NCBI GenBank assembly: GCA_035389025.1
Contig: DAOOQY010000001.1
Location: forward strand, 1 to 33,182
DNA from: Verrucomicrobiota bacterium
GTDB taxonomy: Bacteria > Verrucomicrobiota > Verrucomicrobiia > Limisphaerales > J093
Direction of reading: 5' to 3'
DNA length: 33,182 nucleotides
Each line of letters starts with the position of its first letter. The first letter of the stretch is position 1. A program made the position numbers and the translations under genes. Positions 24,725 to 33,182 of the stretch are shown here, in pieces. Below the pieces are notes generated by a model. It saw only the letters and a program-made list of their open reading frames with translations. It was not told the origin of the DNA and ran no database searches.

Positions 24725-26611
24725 ATGAGCAACACTCCAGAGTTCGAGCTCGATCTCGATCTCCAACTGCTACCGGCGTGGGCGCGTCAGCCGTCCACGG
24801 AGAATCGTTATGCCAAGTACGAAGGCGATACCGAAGGGGATCGCCGCGACTGGCGAGGGGACCGATTTGGCCGACGCGACGCAGGTCGCAGCCGGCCGCC
24901 GCGACGGGACCGACCGCCCGGCGGCCCTGGCCGGGGCGGTCCGGCGGGGCGGCACGAAGGCCGGGGCGAAGGCCGGGGCGAGCGCGGTGAGCGCGGGCGC
25001 GGGCCGGGTCCTGAAGGGCGGCCTGCGGCGCCGCGGTGGCAGCGGGAAGAGCCGGTGGTTCCCCTGCCTGATGTGGAGGTCAGCTTCACGCCCGAGGAAG
25101 CGGGTGTCGAATCGCTCGCGCGCCAGATCAAGCTCACCGGGCGCGCCTACCCGCTGTTCGGGATTGCCGAGCTGATCCTGAAGCGTCCCGACAAGGTGCA
25201 CGCCCAACTCCACGCGAAGAAAGGTGCGGATGGCGCCGTGGGGCAGCCGCTGGTGGTCTGTTCGCTGGATGATTCGATCTGGCTGAGCGAAGACGAGGCC
25301 GTCGCGCACATCTTGCGCCACCATTTCGCCACGTTTTACCAGATCGAGAAAGTGCCCACCGATCCCCCGAAGGGCACCTACACGTTCGTGGCCCAGTGCG
25401 GCATGAGCGGCACCATCTTCGGCCCGCCCAATTACCACGATTACCAGGACAAACTGCGCAAGTTCCACGCCGAGCGCTACGCGCGCATGCCGTTCGATGT
25501 CTACAAGGCCCGAGTCAAGATCGTCAAAGACGAGGCCGTGGTGAAGAAATGGATCGAGGAGCAGAGCGCAAAACTCGAGTACATCTGCCTCAACGTGCCC
25601 GAATCGTGCCGATTCGGCAGCCGCGAGGATGTCGAGAAACACTTCCGCGCCACGCATCTCCCGAACCTTATCCGATCCGTCGACTCGTACACCCTGCGCG
25701 CAGGCGCGAAGCGGCCCCCGCTCTCGCCGGGCTTGCAGACGCTGCTGCGCCACGCGATCGAGGATCAGAAGCGATTCCCACTCAAGGTGGCCACCGTCCT
25801 GAGCCAGCAGTTCGCCGGCCACGGACTCCAGTTCTTCAAGGTCAATCGCACCGTGACCCACGTCTGCGTCGCCCGACCTCACTACCTCGACCTCGAAAAC
25901 ACCGTCGTCTCCGACGGGGTCCGCAAGATCGTCGACTTCATCAACACCCATCCCGGGTCCACCCGGCGCAAGCTGATCCAGGCGCTCGCCCCAACCCCGC
26001 CCGCCCCAGCCACGCCGCCACCACCGCTAACCCCGCCCGTTCCGACGCCCCAACCGGCTGCCGCCGAGACCGCTCCCGAAGCCGACGCCCAGCCGGCTGC
26101 CCCGCCTGCCGCAGCCGCCCCCGCGCCGCCGCCTCCCGCGGCCCCGACCGAGCCTCAGCCGACGCCGGAGCAGACGGCTGTCATCGCCGACCTGCATTGG
26201 CTGATCCATCAAGGGCACGTGATCGAGTTCACCGACGGACGACTCGAAACCGCCAAAGCGCCCAAGCCCAAACCCACACCGCCGCCGCCCGCGGCGAAGA
26301 CTGCCGAAGTCGAGGCCGCGACGCCCGCCCCGGCAGATGCTGCCGCCGCCACCCAGGCAGGAAGTCCGGCCGCGGAGGTGCCGACGGCACCGGCGGAGAC
26401 GCCGGCGCCCGCGGGGGAAGCAACCGCGCCGCCTCTCGAAACACCGGCAAACGCTGGTGAGACACCAGCCGCTGAGGTTGAAGTCGGCCAAAGCCCTGAA
26501 CCGGCTCCCGCTCCCACGGCTGAGGCTGCGCCTCCGGCGCCCGCAGCGCCCGCTCCGGACCCCAACTCGAGGCCGGATCAGGCCGCGCCGGCCGCGCCCG
26601 CGTCCGTGTAG
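24725..26611 (+). CDS. hypothetical protein: Arg/Gly-rich N-terminal tract, ~330-aa unassigned globular core, Pro/Ala-rich C-terminal tract
   Basis: A long ORF with coherent, non-shadow composition in its core (YPLFGIAELILKRPD...FVAQCGMSGTIFGPPNYHDYQDKLRKFHAERY...HYLDLENTVVSDGVRKIVDFI). The N-terminal tract reads GDRRDWRGDRFGRRDAGRSRPPRRDRPPGGPGRGGPAGRHEGRGEGRGERGERGRG. The C-terminal ~210 aa are P/A/T/E-rich, with an embedded island TAVIADLHWLIHQGHVIEFTDGRLE. No signal peptide. Confidence 0.7.
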   Translation: MSNTPEFELDLDLQLLPAWARQPSTENRYAKYEGDTEGDRRDWRGDRFGRRDAGRSRPPRRDRPPGGPGRGGPAGRHEGRGEGRGERGERGRGPGPEGRPAAPRWQREEPVVPLPDVEVSFTPEEAGVESLARQIKLTGRAYPLFGIAELILKRPDKVHAQLHAKKGADGAVGQPLVVCSLDDSIWLSEDEAVAHILRHHFATFYQIEKVPTDPPKGTYTFVAQCGMSGTIFGPPNYHDYQDKLRKFHAERYARMPFDVYKARVKIVKDEAVVKKWIEEQSAKLEYICLNVPESCRFGSREDVEKHFRATHLPNLIRSVDSYTLRAGAKRPPLSPGLQTLLRHAIEDQKRFPLKVATVLSQQFAGHGLQFFKVNRTVTHVCVARPHYLDLENTVVSDGVRKIVDFINTHPGSTRRKLIQALAPTPPAPATPPPPLTPPVPTPQPAAAETAPEADAQPAAPPAAAAPAPPPPAAPTEPQPTPEQTAVIADLHWLIHQGHVIEFTDGRLETAKAPKPKPTPPPPAAKTAEVEAATPAPADAAAATQAGSPAAEVPTAPAETPAPAGEATAPPLETPANAGETPAAEVEVGQSPEPAPAPTAEAAPPAPAAPAPDPNSRPDQAAPAAPASV

Positions 26612-26751
26612 CCTGATTGCACACCGTCGCGCCGGCTTAAGACGCTCGGAGTTCGGAGATGGGGGGCGGTGCGCCGGAGCGCCGGCTTGCAGCCGGCTTA
26701 AGACACGCCGTGCCCCGCAGGTGGATGGACAAAGCGTCCCGCGCGACGCGG

Positions 26752-28873
<2,122 letters not shown>

Positions 28874-29025
28874 GGCTTCCTGGCTCCCCGAACACGGCGA
28901 ACAGTAAGAGCGCAGTGCGGCGCGGTCAAGCGGACGGGATCACGGTCATGGTTGACACCGAAGTCCAGACATGCAAGGTCGGTCGAGGACTGCAGCACGA
29001 GAAGATCATTCAATCGAGACCGCCT

Positions 29026-32000
29026 ATGCCTTCACCACACTTGAACACACCCTCGAGGCCTGATCCCTTCCACCCCACCACAGGCACTGCCCGATGCACG
29101 CCAAACCGCAAGGGCAGCCGATTCCTCTGCCTCGCCCTGCTCGCCCTCGAGGCGTCTCTGCCCGCCCTCGCGGCCCCGGATGGCGCCACCGTCCGCGAAT
29201 ATCGGAAGACCTTCCGGACCTACCCCTTTTCCGATCCGAATCCGATTCCGCATGGCGGCCAGATTTACCCCTACTTCCGCTACGACGGCTTCACCGACCG
29301 TGCCGTGGACCGCGAGTGGACGGTCGTCGAACTCGAGAACCCATGGATTCGCGTCATGGTGCTCCCCGAAATCGGCGGCAAGGTCTGGTCGGCCATCGAG
29401 AAGTCCACGGGCAAGGAATTCCTCTACGGCAACCAGGTGGTGAAGTTCCGGGACATCGCCATGCGCGGCCCCTGGACGAGCGGGGGGATCGAGCCGAACT
29501 ACGGCATCATCGGCCATACGCCGAACTGCGCCACGCCGGTCGATTACCGGACACGGCAGAATGCCGACGGGAGCGCCTCGGTCGTCATCGGCGTCCTCGA
29601 TCTCCTCACGCGCACGCCCTGGCGGATCGAGATCGCGCTGCCCGCCGACAAGGCCTATTTCACCACCGCGTCGCTCTGGCACAACGCGACGCCCCTCGAG
29701 CAGCCCTACTACACCTGGATGAACGCCGGCATCAAGGCCGCGGGCAACCTCCAGTTCGTCTTTCCGGGCACGCATCACATCGACCACGACGGCCACGCTC
29801 AACCGTGGCCAATCGATCCGAAAACGGGGCGCGACCTCTCTTTCTACGAAAAGAACGACTTCGGCTCCTACAAGGCCTATCACGTGCTCGGACGCGGCGC
29901 TGACTTCTTCGCCGCCTTCTGGCACGACGAGGACTTCGGCATGGGGCGCTTTTCTCTCCGCGATGAAAAGCTGGGTCAGAAAGTCTGGATCTGGGGACTC
30001 TCGCGCGAGGGGATGATCTGGGAGAAGCTTCTCACCGATACCGAGGGGCAATACGTCGAAGTGCAATCGGGGCGTTCCTTCAACCAGGCCGGCGAAGGCA
30101 GTTCGAGGACGCCTTTCAAACATCGCGGCTTTCTGCCTTACGGGACCGACACCTGGACCGAGTACTGGTTCCCCGTCAAGGGCACGAAGGGTCTCGTGGC
30201 GGCCTCCCCGCTCGGGGGCCTCAACGTGCGCCCCCGCGACGGCGGGCTCGAGGTCCTGTTCTCGCCTCTGCAGGCCGTCGACGACACGCTCGAGGTGCTC
30301 GATGGCGAGCGCATCGTCTTCTCCACGGCCGTCTCCGCGAAACCCCTCGAACCCTGGACCGCAACCGTTCCCGTGACGGCACCCGTCGAGCGCCTGCGCG
30401 TCCGGATCGGCGGAAGCCGCCTCGAGTGGAAGGGCGACCCGCGAGCGGGAGAACTGTCGCGTCCGCTCGAGTCGCCCCCCGATTTCGACTGGAACTCGGC
30501 GTACGGCCTCTGGCTCAAAGGCAAGGAACTGCTCCGGCAGCGCTCCTACGCCCCCGCTCGAGAGGCGCTCGAGGCATCTCTGCGCAAGGAGCCGCACTTC
30601 GTGCCCGCCCTCGCCGACCTCGCCCTCCTCCGCCTCTTCGCCATGGATGCCAAGGGCGCCTTCGACCTGGCCCGGAAAGCCCTCGCCATCGACACCTACG
30701 ACCCGTCCGCGAATTACTACTACGGCCTCGCCGCGCGGAGGCTCGGACGGCTCGACGATGCCCGCGACGGCTTCGAACTGGCGGCGCAGTCGGTCGAACT
30801 GCGCGGCGCGGCATGGACCGAACTCGCGAAGCTGGCCCTTTACACCGGAGACCTCGCGCGGGCCCGAGTCGACGCGGAGCGGAGCGTCGAATTCAATCAG
30901 CGCAACCTCGAAGCGCGCCAACTCACCGCTCTTGTCCTCCGTTTGCAGGGGCGCCCCGACGAGGCCGGCAGAGCCATCGATGCCCTGCTCGCGCTCGATC
31001 CACTCAATTCCTTCGGCGGCTTCGAAAAGGCGCTGGCCGAGGGCGGCGAGGCCGCCCGGCGCGCTTTCGCGGCGAGCGTCCGCAATGAGATGCCTCAGGA
31101 GACATTCCTCGAGTTGGCGGCGTGGTACCGCGGCCTTGGCAGGAGAATCGAGGCCGGGCAGGTGCTCGAGGTCGCCCCCCAGACAGCCGAGGTCCTCTAC
31201 TGGAGAGCGTGCCTCGAGGCCGACGCGGACGCGGCATCAGCTCTGTTGCAGCAGGCCGAAGCGGCATCGCCCGAGCGCGTCTTCCCCTTCCGACCGGAAT
31301 CGGCCGAGGTGCTCGAGTGGGCGGTGTCCCGCGGCTCGAGTTGGCGCCCGCGCTATTACCTGGCGCTTGTCCACTGGGGCGCCGGCAACCTCAACCAGGC
31401 CCGCCGCCTCTTCGACGAGTGCGGGCAACAGCCGGATTACGCCCCCTTTTACGCTGCGCGCGCCCTCCTCATCGAGGGGGTCTCCCGGGAACGGTCTCTG
31501 GCGGATTTGAACGAGGCGGCTCGCCGCGACCCCGCTCAGTGGCGGTTCGGTCGAATGCTGATCGAGCGGCATTTGCGTCAAGGTTCAACAGCCCTCGCGC
31601 TCGAAACAGCCCAACGCTACTGTGCCCAGTCCCCTGACAACTACATCCTCGGCATGCTCCACGCGAAGGCCCTCCTGGCGGAAGGCCGGCACCGGGAAGC
31701 CGCCGAGCGCTTGAACCGGCTCGAGGTCCTTCCCTACGAGGGCGCCACCGAGGGACGCCGCCTCCATCGCGAGGCCCACCTGATGCTGGCTGTCGAAAAC
31801 CTTCGCAAAGGCGATGCCGCCGCGGCCCTCCGCTCGATCGACACCGCGCGGCTCTGGCCCGAGAACCTCGGCGCCGGAAAACCGTACCCGGAAGACGTCG
31901 ACGAGCACCTCGAAGACTTCCTCGCCGCCCAGGCTCTCTCACGCCAGGGCGACAGCGCCGCCGCGAATAACATGCTCCGGCAGATCACGGCCTCGGGCGG

Positions 32001-32226
32001 ACGCGGGGGCGCGACCGGCTTGCTCATCCGCGCGCTCACCCTCAGGCAGACGGACCGCGCGGACGAAGGACGCAAGCTCCTGAGCGATTGGAGTGCGCGC
32101 GAGTCCGCGAACGCGTTCGCCGCGTGGGCCGCCCGCGCATACGACGGGCAGGCCGGTGCTCCGCCGAACACAGGCAGCGATGAGCTGCGCGTCCTGGCTG
32201 CCTGGCTCGAGACCGCACAGCGCTAA
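29026..32226 (+). CDS. secreted DUF5107-like domain protein with C-terminal TPR repeats
   Basis: ORF 28867..32226. The start is taken at ATG 29026 because the first 160 nt overlap the thiC riboswitch and promoter. A signal-like segment (RFLCLALLALEASLPALAAP) is followed by a ~450-aa beta-rich domain (YPFSDPNPIP...ENPWIRVMVLPEIGGKVWS...GPWTSGGIEPNYG...VWIWGLSREG...YVEVQSG). After that come ~550 aa of TPR-like helices. The DUF5107 call is from memory of the family, not from a search. Confidence 0.65.
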   Translation: MPSPHLNTPSRPDPFHPTTGTARCTPNRKGSRFLCLALLALEASLPALAAPDGATVREYRKTFRTYPFSDPNPIPHGGQIYPYFRYDGFTDRAVDREWTVVELENPWIRVMVLPEIGGKVWSAIEKSTGKEFLYGNQVVKFRDIAMRGPWTSGGIEPNYGIIGHTPNCATPVDYRTRQNADGSASVVIGVLDLLTRTPWRIEIALPADKAYFTTASLWHNATPLEQPYYTWMNAGIKAAGNLQFVFPGTHHIDHDGHAQPWPIDPKTGRDLSFYEKNDFGSYKAYHVLGRGADFFAAFWHDEDFGMGRFSLRDEKLGQKVWIWGLSREGMIWEKLLTDTEGQYVEVQSGRSFNQAGEGSSRTPFKHRGFLPYGTDTWTEYWFPVKGTKGLVAASPLGGLNVRPRDGGLEVLFSPLQAVDDTLEVLDGERIVFSTAVSAKPLEPWTATVPVTAPVERLRVRIGGSRLEWKGDPRAGELSRPLESPPDFDWNSAYGLWLKGKELLRQRSYAPAREALEASLRKEPHFVPALADLALLRLFAMDAKGAFDLARKALAIDTYDPSANYYYGLAARRLGRLDDARDGFELAAQSVELRGAAWTELAKLALYTGDLARARVDAERSVEFNQRNLEARQLTALVLRLQGRPDEAGRAIDALLALDPLNSFGGFEKALAEGGEAARRAFAASVRNEMPQETFLELAAWYRGLGRRIEAGQVLEVAPQTAEVLYWRACLEADADAASALLQQAEAASPERVFPFRPESAEVLEWAVSRGSSWRPRYYLALVHWGAGNLNQARRLFDECGQQPDYAPFYAARALLIEGVSRERSLADLNEAARRDPAQWRFGRMLIERHLRQGSTALALETAQRYCAQSPDNYILGMLHAKALLAEGRHREAAERLNRLEVLPYEGATEGRRLHREAHLMLAVENLRKGDAAAALRSIDTARLWPENLGAGKPYPEDVDEHLEDFLAAQALSRQGDSAAANNMLRQITASGGRGGATGLLIRALTLRQTDRADEGRKLLSDWSARESANAFAAWAARAYDGQAGAPPNTGSDELRVLAAWLETAQR

Positions 32227-32254
32227 GCGCAGCGGGATCGGCGTCTCGGTGCCA

Positions 32255-32342
32255 ATCTGTGTTCCGCCCTGAATCGGTGTGGAGTTCCTCACCGACTCGG
32301 TGCGCAGACAGTCCCCACACCGATTCAGGGCGGAACACAGAT
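32255..32342. repeat. 28-bp perfect inverted repeat (88-nt palindromic element)
   Basis: atctgtgttccgccctgaatcggtgtgg (32255-32282) is the exact reverse complement of ccacaccgattcagggcggaacacagat (32315-32342), with a 32-nt loop. It starts 29 nt after the stop of the DUF5107-like gene. No U-tract follows. Confidence 0.9.
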
Positions 32343-32594
32343 GGAGAGAGGCGGTGTGTCGGCCCCCGCCGGTGTGTTCTGGGGATTGATGTGTTCATAG
32401 TCTCTTCGGCGATCGCCAGCACGCAGCGCATGGGTGTGCCAAGTCTCCAAAGGAGCCTGAATCCCTCGCAGCGCGCAGAGGTTCACGCGCGTGAAGCGGT
32501 TCGATTGGACGAGCCAGAGGGTGTTGCGGGCGAGCGCCTCACGCGCGCCTCGAGTTCATCGCGTGGGCTGCGGGCCTCCCGCGCCCCCTCGCAT

Positions 32595-32660
32595 ATTCGC
32601 ACAGATTGCGAATTTCCTTCGAATATATTGCGAAATGACCGCGAAATGACCGCGAAAATG
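32595..32660. promoter_or_regulatory. cluster of TGCGAA/TTCGCA-type motifs with 11-nt tandem repeats (candidate operator array)
   Basis: There is a palindrome ATTCGCA-cagat-TGCGAAT (32595-32613) and a TGCGAA at 32629-32634. GCGAAATGACC is tandemly repeated at 32630-32640 and 32641-32651, followed by GCGAAAATG (32652-32660). The cluster sits in a ~730-nt stretch with no credible ORF. Confidence 0.35.
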
Positions 32661-32962
32661 CACCTCGAGCCTCCGCCGAGTCCACCCGGCGGCAAGTGCC
32701 GCGGACAGGTTCATCTCGGGTCGAGATTGTCCGAGGCGATCCGAGTGGCCCCGCTGCGTCCGAGTCCAAGGTGTCTGTCGGGCAGAGGCTTATTGAGGAT
32801 TGAGTCGTGATTTGACGACGTCGGCCGCACCCGTGATCCGCGGCAGCGGTGCGGTCCGCCGCTGCCCGCGAACCGCGAATCCGCCAGGAAGTTCCGGCCT
32901 GGCATCCTTGCTGCACAAGGGGGTTCATGAAATCCAAGACAAACCAAGGAAAGGACAACACA

Positions 32963-33182
32963 ATGCATATCAGGAAAGACAACACACCCTTCCGGCCGCC
33001 CAAGCCCCGAGCCGGACTCGGAAGCAAACGGATCGGCGCATGCGTCGCCGGGCTCGCACTTGCCGCATTGGTCGTATCGCCTTCGGCTCTGTGCGCCACG
33101 GTCATCGACGACTTCGACGGCGCCCAGCCGGGCTGGACGGGCTGGAATCCCCCCGCGGCCCCAAGCGACCCAGCGGCCCTGG
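32963..33182 (+). CDS. secreted hypothetical protein, N-terminal fragment (runs off the window)
   Basis: Absent from the track because it is truncated. AAGGAAAGGA lies about 7 nt upstream of ATG 32963. The frame reads MHIRKDNTPFRPPKPRAGLGSKRIGACVAGLALAALVVSPSALCATVIDDFDG..., a typical signal peptide, and stays open to the window end. The overlapping minus ORF 32539..33105 looks like a shadow. Confidence 0.55.
   Translation, partial: MHIRKDNTPFRPPKPRAGLGSKRIGACVAGLALAALVVSPSALCATVIDDFDGAQPGWTGWNPPAAPSDPAAL

Noticed and set aside
29032-30921. 629-aa minus ORF
   Set aside because: It is antisense to the DUF5107-like gene and has shadow composition.
32498-32506. GGTTCGATT, resembling a tRNA T-loop
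   Set aside because: The flanking bases cannot form a T-stem, and no acceptor or anticodon arms can be drawn around it.
32630-32660. Tandem 11-nt repeats considered as a CRISPR or VNTR
   Set aside because: There are only about 2.8 contiguous units with no spacers, which is far too short for a CRISPR array. They are reported as a possible operator array instead.
32259-32810. 183-aa + ORF and the overlapping minus ORFs (32042..32431, 32539..33105)
   Set aside because: They run through the 28-bp palindrome and the hexamer arrays. Their composition is not protein-like, and one overlaps the better-supported signal-peptide gene starting at 32963.

Overview
High-GC (roughly 60-65% by eye) bacterial chromosomal window, densely coding on both strands. 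No rRNA, tRNA, CRISPR array, transposase or integrase was found. Gene content and repeat style suggest a PVC-group (Verrucomicrobiota-like) genome, but that is inference only. All family calls come from motifs read in the translated ORFs; no database search was run.

Left to right:
- Secreted glycan and sugar metabolism: a Gfo/Idh/MocA oxidoreductase fragment, a GH29 alpha-L-fucosidase, a nucleotide-sugar dehydrogenase, a PfkB kinase and a Tat-signal TIM-barrel isomerase.
- Housekeeping genes: yggT-like/yggU-like, gltA, thiC with a clear TPP riboswitch, and a large DUF5107-like/TPR protein.
- The replication-initiation neighbourhood: mnmG(-), an AT-rich spacer, glnB(+), a second AT-rich spacer, dnaA(+), with no dnaN downstream.
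- Two loci related to type II secretion / type IV filament machinery.

The least ordinary content:
1. A translationally coupled six-gene module (20084-24504): a short GspE-like ATPase, two different tandem GspF-like platform proteins and three miniature prepilin-like proteins. It has no secretin, peptidase or canonical pilin nearby.
2. Divergent from it, a response regulator with a degenerate receiver, a LuxR HTH and a canonical C-terminal receiver, coupled to a membrane-anchored helical-repeat protein.
3. Phased TTCGCA/TGCGAA hexamer arrays in two non-coding regions.
4. A second orphan GspE-like ATPase, 3 nt upstream of a GT21-type glycosyltransferase.
5. Two mosaic families of dispersed intergenic repeats.
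6. A strong minus-strand intrinsic terminator closing an AT-rich non-coding stretch just upstream of mnmG.
7. A 28-bp perfect palindrome.

I see no convincing defence island or mobile element. The novelty claims are modest and need homology and structure searches. Most long ORFs in the track are antisense shadows typical of high-GC DNA.
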